This document shows positions 49,478 to 58,713 of a stretch of DNA of 64,000 nucleotides, one piece after another. The position numbers and the translations under genes are program-made. The stretch lies in assembly GCA_000965745.1 (NCBI GenBank), contig CP009479.1, positions 1,088,001 through 1,152,000 of the forward strand, in the 5' to 3' direction. Source of the stretch: an uncultured archaeon (GTDB lineage: Archaea; Thermoplasmatota; Thermoplasmata; Thermoplasmatales; Thermoplasmataceae). Position 1 is the first letter of the stretch. Each line of letters starts with the position of its first letter. Below the pieces are notes generated by a model. It did not search any database. It was not told the DNA's origin and was given only the letters and a program-made list of their open reading frames with translations.

Positions 49478-49552
49478 TGCTCCGGTCGGGATTTGGACCC
49501 GAGTCGAGGGATTGAGAGTCCCTAATGCTTGACCGTGCTACACCACCGGAGC
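49478..49552 (-). tRNA. tRNA-Glu (anticodon CTC), integration target
   Basis: Reverse complement GCTCCGG...AGGGA-CTCTCAA-TCCCT...TCGGG-TCCAAAT-CCCGA-CCGGAGC-A. Confidence 0.95.
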
Positions 49553-49601
49553 AGTGGAGCGAAATAACCAATCAGCATTTATTTCTTTTGCCTGTGGGAA
49601 A

Positions 49602-49766
49602 TTAGGACGGCCAGAAAACTTTTGTGAGCTCAACAACGATGGCCATTGCTATTCCGATGTATATAACAAGTTTGGGGTCCAGCGCAGGTCCGTTTATCTC
49701 TTCTTCTTCAAAGTACCTTATTAATCCGGCTCCTGACTGGAATCCTTCTCCCTTCTTCTCGGCCAT
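49602..49766 (-). CDS. secG: Preprotein translocase subunit Sec61-beta/SecG
   Basis: FQSGAGLIRYFEEE...LDP plus a C-terminal TM segment. Confidence 0.92.
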   Translation of the reverse strand: MAEKKGEGFQSGAGLIRYFEEEEINGPALDPKLVIYIGIAMAIVVELTKVFWPS

Positions 49767-49854
49767 CGCCACTCCAATTGAAACCAACGATTTAACCTTT
49801 TTCTATTTGCATTTGCGTGCCTAACAGATTGGGTTACACCGTTTAATCTGAAAA

Positions 49855-50679
49855 ATGGTTGATTTAAATATGAATTTGCGGAAAGTTATTGGCAATCCTC
49901 TGTCAATAGTTCTCGTGGTATCTCTTTCAGTTCTTGTGATATTCTCCGCATATTCAAACCAGCTGCCTCCGATTAGTGTTGTGGAGTCCGGAAGCATGCA
50001 GCATTCAAGCACATGGACCCCCGGAGTCATAAACACAGGCGACCTGATAATGGAGAAAAAGGTTTCAAATCCCGTGCAGGATGTTGTCACCTACGTTCAG
50101 GGAAGGAGCACGAATTTCACGACATATGGCGATTACGGGGAAGTCATATTGTATGATGCACCCGGTAACTATAGCATTGTCCACAGGGCTATGTTCTACC
50201 TTGATTGGAACGGAACCTATCCTGTAGTGGTCGGGTACAGCGGCCAGAGCTGGATCAATATAACACGTGGCGAGGTGATAATCAAAGATGTCGGATACAG
50301 CCACAGAAATCTCATCGTTTCAGTGAGCAGTTTTGTAGGTCAGAGTGGATTCATAACAATGGGGGACAACAATCTTGGCACCTCAAGCTTGAATGTTTCC
50401 ACAGGGGGGGCATTCATTGCAGCGGACCAGAACATATTCGGCTTCTCGCCAATTAAGCCGTCCAGCGTGACAGGGATAGCATACGGCCATATCCCGTGGG
50501 CAGGATTGATTAAGCTGAATATAATGCGTGTTCAGGGCGACTGGCAATATTATAATGACGTCCCTCAGTACAGCTACTTCTATCTCTCACTTTCAATCTC
50601 CGCTATTCTGGCAGGCTTGATCGTATCGCTCTATCTTCTTGACAGGAACGGCAAAAAGAAGGCTCTGAGACGGAATTAG
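49855..50679 (+). CDS. Signal peptidase I (S26, Sec11-like)
   Basis: VVESGSM, GDL, IVHRA, ITMGDNN, IPWAG. Confidence 0.9.
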   Translation: MVDLNMNLRKVIGNPLSIVLVVSLSVLVIFSAYSNQLPPISVVESGSMQHSSTWTPGVINTGDLIMEKKVSNPVQDVVTYVQGRSTNFTTYGDYGEVILYDAPGNYSIVHRAMFYLDWNGTYPVVVGYSGQSWINITRGEVIIKDVGYSHRNLIVSVSSFVGQSGFITMGDNNLGTSSLNVSTGGAFIAADQNIFGFSPIKPSSVTGIAYGHIPWAGLIKLNIMRVQGDWQYYNDVPQYSYFYLSLSISAILAGLIVSLYLLDRNGKKKALRRN

Positions 50680-51656
50680 CCTCTTGTAAGGTTTGCGCCT
50701 TTGGCGACTTTGAGAGGAACCGGATCGGAGTCGTATTTTAGCGCTTCTTCCATGACCATTTTGTAGTTCTTCTTTTCAACCGGGACAAAGACGTTTGAGC
50801 CCCCGGTAACGATGTAACTCATCCAGGCCCCAGACCTCATTTCCTTGACCCTCTCTATAAAGGTTCTCATTTCAGGGGTAATAACATGCACCCCCACACT
50901 TTCTATCAGCCGGTGGTACTCATCCGTATCAGACATTGCCAGCTCGAAAATGCCTTTGACATCATTTTCTTCAGCGAGTTTCTGAAGCTTCTCCCCCTTC
51001 TTCCGGGTATTTTCAACCCTTTTTCCGTATTCAGGGCTTTTCACTACGTTCTCATGAATCCTGTCGGAAGGCTTCCTCTGTGTGTTGAACCTGCAGCCAA
51101 CGATTACATAATCCCTGAAGGAATCGGCATCGAGAAGCTTCTCCGTGTAGGGAAGTTCAGCCTCCCTTGTTATGGTCAGTCCACCATAAACACTTCTGCC
51201 TACACTTTCAGAAATCATTCTCAGCTCGTTCTCAAATTTATTCCACTCCATGGGCTGGCGGCAAAGCCCTTCTACACATTTTCCTATGGCAGCCGCCGCT
51301 CCATCGGAACTTCCGCTCAAAACCCCAACGTTTCTTGACTCAAATGAAAGCCTGACCTTATCTTCCTCAAGGCTGTTGTTTCTGGCAATTAAACCCCGGT
51401 ACCTGTTTATGAGCTTGAATGGTGATCTGCTGCCGCTCAGGTCAACTCTGTCGCCATTGATGTACCCCGCTTCCATTGAAGATGAAAAAAGCCTTGTTTC
51501 AACAAATATCTCATCGTCGAGCCCTGTGTAGGCAAATCCGGCTGAAGTATGCCTTGGGATCCTGCGATCCTTGTCTGATATTCCCCCGAGCAGTATTATG
51601 CCGACAGTAGGGTAGGCCCTGGAAGTAACTGAGATTTCCTGCATGGATTTGGACAT
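50676..51656 (-). CDS. Mevalonate-3-kinase (MDD-like GHMP enzyme, Thermoplasma-type mevalonate pathway)
   Basis: AYPTVGIILLGGI, HTSAG, LSGSSD, ISESVGRS, YIVTGGSNV, as I recall for T. acidophilum Ta1305. Confidence 0.88.
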   Translation of the reverse strand: MSKSMQEISVTSRAYPTVGIILLGGISDKDRRIPRHTSAGFAYTGLDDEIFVETRLFSSSMEAGYINGDRVDLSGSRSPFKLINRYRGLIARNNSLEEDKVRLSFESRNVGVLSGSSDGAAAAIGKCVEGLCRQPMEWNKFENELRMISESVGRSVYGGLTITREAELPYTEKLLDADSFRDYVIVGCRFNTQRKPSDRIHENVVKSPEYGKRVENTRKKGEKLQKLAEENDVKGIFELAMSDTDEYHRLIESVGVHVITPEMRTFIERVKEMRSGAWMSYIVTGGSNVFVPVEKKNYKMVMEEALKYDSDPVPLKVAKGANLTRG

Positions 51657-51770
51657 CGCCCTTTCAGTGATAGGTATATGTTAAAACTTTCTCATGGTAT
51701 TTCACGAATGCACAGTAAAGGTTTCAAGAAAGATTAATAGAAGTCGATCCGCTTTTGCATTCCGATTAAA

Positions 51771-53111
51771 TTGATGGCCAACGATGAAGTTTCTTCGATG
51801 ATGGCCCAACTGGGCATTAGCGATATTGACGAACTTTTCAGGGACATACCGCAGAGTATCAGAAAAAAGAGTATAGATCTGGATGATGGCATCAGTGAAT
51901 TTGAGATTATCAGGAAAGCAGAAGAGAGGGCCGCCAGAAACAGTGGATACAACTTCATCAAATTCCTGGGCTGCGGGATATATGACAGGGTCATCCCGTC
52001 CGCAGTTGACTCAATAATTGGCCGATCTGAATTTCTTACATCCTACACCCCATACCAGCCGGAAATCTCGCAGGGAATGCTCCAGTCAATGTACGAGTAC
52101 CAGAGCATAATGTCCGATCTCAACGGAATGGATGTTACCAACTCATCAATGTACGACGGATTCACTGCTCTGGGAGAGGCAGTGAGAATGGCCTACAGGA
52201 TCAATGGAAAATCCGAGATTCTGGTCCCGGAAAATATGTACCAGAGCAAGACGGATGTTATCAGGAGTTACATCTGGGGCCTGGGCATCAAACTCATCCC
52301 GTACAGGATTAACAGGGATACGGGCTACGTAGACATGGAGGATGTTCAGGGAAAACTGAATGACAACACAGGGGCAATCGTAGCTGAGAACCCAAATGCT
52401 TATGGAATCCTTGACGAAAATGTCCTCCATCTTAACGATATAAAGAGGCAATCACTTCTAATCACCTATTTCGACCCGATCTCATTGGGGGCTGTAAAGC
52501 CGCCAGGAAGCTACGGAACAGATATTGCTGTGGCCGACGGGCAGCAGCTCGGGATCCACCCATTCCTTGGAGGTCCCTTGCTCGGAATCATGTCATTCAG
52601 GAAGGAGTATGCCAGAAAATCACCGGGCAGAATAATCGGCGAATCGATAGACAGGGACGGCAAGAAGGCATATGTTATGACCCTTCAGACAAGGGAGCAG
52701 CACATCAGGAGGGAGAAGGCCATGAGCAATATATGCACGAATCAGGCACTGATGGCACTGGCAGCAGCAGTTTACGTATCCACACTCGGTGCACCAGGAC
52801 TCAGGAAAGTTGCCCTTACTACCATGGGGCGAAGCAGGAAACTGAGGACCACAATCTCAGGCATTGACGGATTCGACGCAGACCTGTTCAGTGGAACAAG
52901 CTTTTCGGATGTTCCGGTCAAGTCCAGCCATCCCGTAGTAAAAATAAGGAAGCATCTTCATGATAACAGGATACTGGGGGCTGTTCCACTGGCGAAACTC
53001 ATGCCTGCAATGGAGAAACATTTCCCGGACACCTCTTTCTTCTCGGTTACGGAGAAGAATGACACAAGCCAGATTGAAACTCTCAAGGAAAAACTGGAGG
53101 AGATCCAATGA
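51771..53111 (+). CDS. gcvPA: Glycine cleavage P protein subunit 1
   Basis: TSYTPYQPEISQG, NSSMYDG, LQTREQHIRREKAMSNICTNQAL. Confidence 0.97.
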   Translation: MMANDEVSSMMAQLGISDIDELFRDIPQSIRKKSIDLDDGISEFEIIRKAEERAARNSGYNFIKFLGCGIYDRVIPSAVDSIIGRSEFLTSYTPYQPEISQGMLQSMYEYQSIMSDLNGMDVTNSSMYDGFTALGEAVRMAYRINGKSEILVPENMYQSKTDVIRSYIWGLGIKLIPYRINRDTGYVDMEDVQGKLNDNTGAIVAENPNAYGILDENVLHLNDIKRQSLLITYFDPISLGAVKPPGSYGTDIAVADGQQLGIHPFLGGPLLGIMSFRKEYARKSPGRIIGESIDRDGKKAYVMTLQTREQHIRREKAMSNICTNQALMALAAAVYVSTLGAPGLRKVALTTMGRSRKLRTTISGIDGFDADLFSGTSFSDVPVKSSHPVVKIRKHLHDNRILGAVPLAKLMPAMEKHFPDTSFFSVTEKNDTSQIETLKEKLEEIQ

Positions 53112-54538
53112 GCTATCATCAGGCCGAATATGATGAGCCTCTCATCAAGGATATGAAGTCAGGCACGACATACAGGACTCCGGGGGATGATCTTGAAGAC
53201 TCTCCTGTACCGGAGTCTCTTCTCCGTGAAAGTCTTGACCTTCCCGATGTTGCTGAATTTGACGTTGTAAGGCATTATACAAGGCTATCCCAGATGAACT
53301 ACGGTGTTGATATCGGGATGTACCCACTGGGTTCGTGCACCATGAAATACAACCCCAAATTTGCCGACCAGATATCAGCAATGGGAGAATTCAGTGAACT
53401 GCACCCATTCCAGGAGGAGGGTGACATACAGGGGGCACTTATGGTGATGTTCGAGCTTCAGCATGCCCTCATTAAAATTTCCGACATGGATGCAATAACA
53501 CTCCAGCCTCTTGCCGGTGCACAGGGAGAGTACACCGGAATTCTGATAGCAAAGAAATACCTGGAAGCAACAGGCCAGCTGGACAAGAGAAGAGAGATCA
53601 TAGTTCCTGATTCTGCACATGGGACAAACCCGGCTTCTGCATCCATGGCCGGCTTTGACGTGGTTGAAATACCATCCAACGGTGATGGCACCGTGAACCT
53701 CGAAGCCCTTGACGCGGCACTGTCCGGGAATACTGCAGTTTTTATGATTACAAACCCGAACACCCTCGGGATCTTCGAAGGACACATTGAAAAAGTTGCC
53801 AAACTTGTTCATGACGCAGGGGCAGTTCTTTACTACGATGGTGCAAACCTCAACGCCATAATGGGAAAAACTTCCCCGGGCCTTATGGGATTTGACATTG
53901 TACACTTCAATCTGCACAAGACATTTGCAACACCGCATGGAGGTGGTGGACCAGGATCAGGCCCCGTTGCAGTCAAAGGGTTCCTGAGAGACTACCTTCC
54001 TGTCCCCATTATAGGCAAGGAAGGTGACAGGTATTTCCTGGACTATTCAATGCCGCACAGCATCGGGAAAGTGGCACCGTACTTCGGCTCCTTTGCAATG
54101 CACCTCAGGGCTTGGGCATACATCACCTATCATGGGGCAGACGGCCTCACCAGAAACACTGAAAGGGCAGTACTCAACACCAATTACCTCGCAAGCAAGC
54201 TGAAAGATACATTCAGCATTCCGTTCAGCCCACTGAAAAAACATGAGCTAGTTCTCTCAACAGAAAACACGGGAAAGAGGGCCCTGGAAATAGCAAAATA
54301 CCTTCTAGATGATGGCATTCACCCACCCACTGTCTATTTCCCGCTTATTGTCCATGAGGATATGATGATCGAGCCCACTGAATCTGTAAGCAAGCGTGAT
54401 CTGGATTTCTATGCTGAAGCTATGAAAAGAGCTGCCAAAGTTGACGAGGACGAGCTCAAGAAGCACCCGCTGAATCTCCCCGTAAAGAGGATAGATGAAG
54501 TGAGGGCGGCAAGGCAGCTGGTTCTCAAGTGGTCATGA
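53108..54538 (+). CDS. gcvPB: Glycine cleavage P protein subunit 2
   Basis: PLGSCTMKYNP, SAHGTNPASA, HFNLHKTFATPHGGGGPG. Confidence 0.97.
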   Translation: MSYHQAEYDEPLIKDMKSGTTYRTPGDDLEDSPVPESLLRESLDLPDVAEFDVVRHYTRLSQMNYGVDIGMYPLGSCTMKYNPKFADQISAMGEFSELHPFQEEGDIQGALMVMFELQHALIKISDMDAITLQPLAGAQGEYTGILIAKKYLEATGQLDKRREIIVPDSAHGTNPASASMAGFDVVEIPSNGDGTVNLEALDAALSGNTAVFMITNPNTLGIFEGHIEKVAKLVHDAGAVLYYDGANLNAIMGKTSPGLMGFDIVHFNLHKTFATPHGGGGPGSGPVAVKGFLRDYLPVPIIGKEGDRYFLDYSMPHSIGKVAPYFGSFAMHLRAWAYITYHGADGLTRNTERAVLNTNYLASKLKDTFSIPFSPLKKHELVLSTENTGKRALEIAKYLLDDGIHPPTVYFPLIVHEDMMIEPTESVSKRDLDFYAEAMKRAAKVDEDELKKHPLNLPVKRIDEVRAARQLVLKWS

Positions 54539-54877
54539 ACTGAGTTCTTTCCTCTCAGAATTTTCTGAAAGGAACTCTTCTATCTTTTTGGAGAGGCTCT
54601 CACCGATTTTTACGCCATTTTTAGATGCCTGTTTAAGCTCTTCCCGAATCTGATTGGCCGTTCTGAACAGCTCGTTGTAGGAGAAGTTTACCTTGTATGT
54701 TACGTTGCCAAGGAGCGTTTTCAGCCTTCCGGCCTTCACTGTTTCCTTCTCGAAGGAATCATAGCTTTTCACCAGCTTTTTGGCTGATTCGAGGTAATCG
54801 GACTCATGCTCATCCAGTTCCCTGATCTCATCTTCGGAAAGGCTCATCAGCCTCTTCACGGCATCAATCTCTTCCAT
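54533..54877 (-). CDS. Hypothetical coiled-coil protein
   Basis: 114-aa E/K-rich ORF coupled to the upstream small ORF. Confidence 0.7.
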   Translation of the reverse strand: MEEIDAVKRLMSLSEDEIRELDEHESDYLESAKKLVKSYDSFEKETVKAGRLKTLLGNVTYKVNFSYNELFRTANQIREELKQASKNGVKIGESLSKKIEEFLSENSERKELSS

Positions 54878-55067
54878 CTTTGCCCTCCGTAAGTTCTGCC
54901 AGTTTCCTCAGGAGGTTCTCGCCCAGCTCAATCTCGTCCAGGACCTGGTCCAGAAGTATCTCAGCCTCGCTAACCTGCTTTTCCAGGCGCTTTACCTCTT
55001 CTTCAACCTCTCGTATCTTTTTATCGTAGTATTGAGTCTCCTCGTCCATTCTGTCCTCTAGCGACAT
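54864..55067 (-). CDS. Small coiled-coil protein
   Basis: 67-aa ORF with heptad pattern. Confidence 0.7.
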   Translation of the reverse strand: MSLEDRMDEETQYYDKKIREVEEEVKRLEKQVSEAEILLDQVLDEIELGENLLRKLAELTEGKDGRD

Positions 55068-55173
55068 TACAGTGCTGGGATTATGACATGATATTTATTT
55101 TCACGTCGGGTTTTCAGGAACTTTCAGTATACACAAATTCAATATTATTATAGGAACCTGTCATTCCCCATTC

Positions 55174-55980
55174 GTGTCCTCCATAGAGCTTGACGTCATC
55201 TACGATCCCGACGAAATCGGCAAAATAGTCCCAGTTATAAGTTCAGCCTGGGGAATGGAATCCGTTGGAACCCTTATCAAGGACATAGTATCGGCGATGC
55301 GGTATCATGGCGGTGTAGTGATAGGCGCCTACGAGAATTCAAAGATGGTTGGCATGCATTTCAGCTTTCCCGGGTATAGGAAAGGGAAGGTGTACCTGTA
55401 CTCTCATATGACAGGGGTGGTGAGCGGCCTGAAATATTCAGGAATAGGCTATCAGCTCAAGATGAAGCAGAAGGAATGGGCACTGGACAACGGATATGAC
55501 CTGATCGCCTGGACGTATGATCCCATCATGAGCCTCAATGCCAATTTCAACCTCAGGAAACTGGGGACAATTGCAAGAAGCTACATTGACAATTTTTATG
55601 GCACCATGGAGGATTCCATAAACTTCGGGATACCGACAGACCGTGTTGTGACTGAGTGGTGGATCAGGAAAGAGAAGAAGGTTGACTCTGGTGGATTTGC
55701 CCCAATCAACCCATTCGAATCTGAATACTCCTTTGATTTTTCATTCGACAAGGAAAATCTGCCACCAAAGGCGATGGTACAGATTCCGGGCAATTTTGTG
55801 GAGGTAAAGAAAAAAGACAGGGAGGTTGCAGTTAACTGGAGGATGTACCTGAGGAAAGTTCTCAGGTCCCTGTTCTCAAAGGGCTACACTGCGGTTGGTT
55901 TCGATCCCCGAAAGAACGCATATCTTCTCGAGAAGGGCTGTGATTTCCCCGGAAAGGAGAACCCTTCGGTCTTCGGCTGA
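55174..55980 (+). CDS. GNAT-family acetyltransferase (COG3375-like)
   Basis: LYSHMTGV, GIGYQLKMKQ, WTYDPI..NANFNLRKLG, PTDR. Confidence 0.9.
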   Translation: MSSIELDVIYDPDEIGKIVPVISSAWGMESVGTLIKDIVSAMRYHGGVVIGAYENSKMVGMHFSFPGYRKGKVYLYSHMTGVVSGLKYSGIGYQLKMKQKEWALDNGYDLIAWTYDPIMSLNANFNLRKLGTIARSYIDNFYGTMEDSINFGIPTDRVVTEWWIRKEKKVDSGGFAPINPFESEYSFDFSFDKENLPPKAMVQIPGNFVEVKKKDREVAVNWRMYLRKVLRSLFSKGYTAVGFDPRKNAYLLEKGCDFPGKENPSVFG

Positions 55981-55981
55981 T

Positions 55982-56812
55982 CTAAAGGGCTTTGTATCTT
56001 TTCAGGGAGACCTCGTAAATTTCACCATCAGATCCAAGGGCATTGAGAATCTCATCTACTTCCGTCTGCTCCATCCCCTGGTTTGAGGCTGCTATGACAA
56101 CATCCTCATATCTGCACCCCTTGCCGTCTGTATCATTGTCCCGGACATATTCCAGGACAAATTTCTTCGTCTCTGTCGACTGGGAAGATGGCTTTATGAG
56201 CGAGTCAATAACTCCCTGGGCGACTTCCTGAAACCTCTGGAAGTCGTACTCCTTGTATTGCTGCTTCGCCCTCATGGCATCCTCTGCTTCCTCACGGCTG
56301 TAACCCAGCTTTGAAAGGCCATCCTCGTCGGGGGTCTCGCTTTTCATCGCTTCCCGGATTGCATAGAGTTTCCTCTTTGCAACGTATGCGGTCCGGAGAT
56401 TCCAGAAATCCACTGCTGTGCTGTCAGCCCTGGCAACGAATTCGGGGTTTATGTTGAAGTAGTAGACTCCGTCATCTGTCCGGAAAGGGTTAATCCTTCC
56501 CATTATCGTGACAAGCGTTTCGGTCTCAAGGCCGTCAAGGTCATTCTTCTGCTCTATGTTGAAGTCGTTGGCAAATGCATTTACATAGAAAGTTCCGGTT
56601 GCATCAGAGACTGCGACCTTTGTGAGGTTCTCCTCGGAATTCTTTGACGTGACGGTTCCGGTAATGAGGATCCTTTTTGCCCTGGTTCCAAGTGGCGTTA
56701 TAACATACGGCTTTCCCTTCTCGTCAGGGTCCTTCTCCTCTATCATCATGCAGTCCTTGAGCTCCTTGGCAAATATCCACTTTGCCGGCTCCCTCTTCTT
56801 GGGGGCAATCAT
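55982..56812 (-). CDS. RPA-associated / RPA32-like subunit (OB fold + C-terminal wHTH)
   Basis: REPAKWIFAKEL, ITPLG..KRILITG, VSDATGTF, INPE, GEIYE. Confidence 0.88.
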   Translation of the reverse strand: MIAPKKREPAKWIFAKELKDCMMIEEKDPDEKGKPYVITPLGTRAKRILITGTVTSKNSEENLTKVAVSDATGTFYVNAFANDFNIEQKNDLDGLETETLVTIMGRINPFRTDDGVYYFNINPEFVARADSTAVDFWNLRTAYVAKRKLYAIREAMKSETPDEDGLSKLGYSREEAEDAMRAKQQYKEYDFQRFQEVAQGVIDSLIKPSSQSTETKKFVLEYVRDNDTDGKGCRYEDVVIAASNQGMEQTEVDEILNALGSDGEIYEVSLKRYKAL

Positions 56813-57894
56813 AGTTCCACCTCCATCTCTCTGATGAACGACTTCACATCGTCCCGGGATATCCTCGAGATGTCAGATACCCTTAAGGAAAGCCCGTTGT
56901 TGCCCTCAGCAAGGTCGCCTTCAAGGATGAACGGCTTTCCGTGCAATTCCTTTCGAATGCTGCTGTACACTTCCCTCTTGGTCAGGCTACTGCTGGCAGG
57001 GTCCAGATCGGATTCCTGCATTCCAAGCAGCTTCATCAGGGCTTCCCTTCCGCTTGTGCACTGGATATAACCTGTTCCATCAGACAGGGTGAAATAAGCG
57101 AAAAGATCGTAAATGAAAGGTGCCGAGGGGTGATCAGGACACCTCACATCCTCAATAGTCTTCCTGCACTCAGAGCATCTCAGCCTAAGCCCGCTCTTTT
57201 CCCCCAATGATATGATAAAACCTGAAAATGAAACTCCCCCGACTGGGGAGCCAAGGTCTGAAATGTTGTATAACCTCCTCCCGGGAGGGGGAGCAACGTT
57301 GACCTCGCCGATCTTTGTTTTTTCATTTACTGAGATTCTTATCCTCCCCTTGTACTCGGAGACCTTTGCACCCTCTATCTTTACGCCGGTGCCTTCGGGA
57401 AGGGATCTGCCGAAGGATGAAACCCTCACTTTCCCGGTTTCATCAGCAATGTCCCCGAAATAGACCTTCCTGGTCTCACCATCCCTCTCGTATTCCCTGG
57501 ACCTGACGTCAGAGATTATTCCCTGAACAGTAACATAGGGGTCCCTGGTGCTGAGATCCTTTATCTTTGCCTCCTTGAAACTGCGCTTGACTTCCATCTT
57601 CTCCTCCGGAAGAAGAATTATTTCCGATCTGTTGTCAAGATACAGCCTCAGGGTGCCATTGAACTCCTTTGTGTAGCAGTTCTTCAGCTCCAGGACATCA
57701 CCTGCCTGAACGTTGGGGTTAAAACTCCATGCAGTGAAAAACATGGTCCCGGTCTCATCACCAAGAAGCCCATAATGGTAAACATTCTCTCCCTTGTCTG
57801 ACTTCGTGGTGCGCTTCTCTACATTAATCAGTTTTATCTTCAGTGAGAGGTTCTTTTCCTCTCCCTTGATCTCCTCGATCTTCTTGAAATCCAA
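56809..57894 (-). CDS. Replication protein A large subunit (tandem OB folds + Zn finger)
   Basis: GDETG, ADETG, SDGTG; CSEC...CPDH. TTG 57894 after GGAGG preferred over ATG 57936. Confidence 0.9.
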   Translation of the reverse strand: MDFKKIEEIKGEEKNLSLKIKLINVEKRTTKSDKGENVYHYGLLGDETGTMFFTAWSFNPNVQAGDVLELKNCYTKEFNGTLRLYLDNRSEIILLPEEKMEVKRSFKEAKIKDLSTRDPYVTVQGIISDVRSREYERDGETRKVYFGDIADETGKVRVSSFGRSLPEGTGVKIEGAKVSEYKGRIRISVNEKTKIGEVNVAPPPGRRLYNISDLGSPVGGVSFSGFIISLGEKSGLRLRCSECRKTIEDVRCPDHPSAPFIYDLFAYFTLSDGTGYIQCTSGREALMKLLGMQESDLDPASSSLTKREVYSSIRKELHGKPFILEGDLAEGNNGLSLRVSDISRISRDDVKSFIREMEVEL

Positions 57895-57904
57895 ATTAAC
57901 CCTC

Positions 57905-58516
57905 CTATCCGTAAAGCCTGTCTTCGGTTTCTCCATTGTTTGCTACTGGATAAACCTGGCTGATTATCTCTTCCGCATCCTCTTTATTTATTCCAATTTT
58001 TCCCACAAGTATGTTCTCAATATCCTGTTTCGTCTTCCCCTGTTTCACAAAATCCCCGATCATCTTGAACATCCACTGGAGGATCTGCTGGTTGAACTCC
58101 TCCTCAATACGGAGTGCATTTGCCATTATGTAGAGGGAAGTGAGGAGCAGATTCAGGCTCACATCTATCTTGTCCTTGGTCACCTCGTCAATCGGGAGAT
58201 CGACCCTTAAAGTTATTTCCTCATTCATTCCGGCCAGCATGAACTTTACATGTTCTATCTGCCTGTTCAACATAAGCAGAGTCCTGTATATGGCCAGCCT
58301 CGGCTCACTCTCGATAACTGCAGTCTCTATTTCCGTCCTCATGAACATCTGCACGCTCTTGTTCAGAAACAGCATATGGATCTTGAAAGGTACGTGCTTA
58401 TGATCAAGTATCAGATAATCGCCATGTTTCTTAATCTTCCAGGGGAGGTCAATAAGCTTTTCAGATTCATCATCTCCTGCTGCAAGCCAGGAAATGATCT
58501 TTTCTTTTATATCCAT
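57905..58516 (-). CDS. YbjN/CesT-like chaperone-fold protein
   Basis: YRTLLMLN...VKFML...ITLRVDLP...IDVSLNLL pattern. Confidence 0.55.
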   Translation of the reverse strand: MDIKEKIISWLAAGDDESEKLIDLPWKIKKHGDYLILDHKHVPFKIHMLFLNKSVQMFMRTEIETAVIESEPRLAIYRTLLMLNRQIEHVKFMLAGMNEEITLRVDLPIDEVTKDKIDVSLNLLLTSLYIMANALRIEEEFNQQILQWMFKMIGDFVKQGKTKQDIENILVGKIGINKEDAEEIISQVYPVANNGETEDRLYG

Positions 58517-58713
58517 TAAATCATTAAATTATACTCTAGTTTCATATATTGTTTTCTAGATACAACGCGACAGTCTACTATATACAATTCAGGCAATTCT
58601 TCAATAAAGGTCAGTAATGGCGGATTGCAGTCATCTATGATTTATAAGGGATAAAGCACTTCCGAAAGAATCAGGGGGTTATCACTACGTACAGTACTAG
58701 ATTCGCAGGCACC

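Larger units (their letters stand above)
20686..49488. mobile_element. 28.8-kb integrative element (plasmid/satellite-like) inserted at tRNA-Glu
   Basis: Flanking 11-bp direct repeats, terminal tyrosine integrase, SF3 helicase, three IS elements, defence-like cargo. Visibly more AT-rich than the flanking housekeeping genes. Confidence 0.88.
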
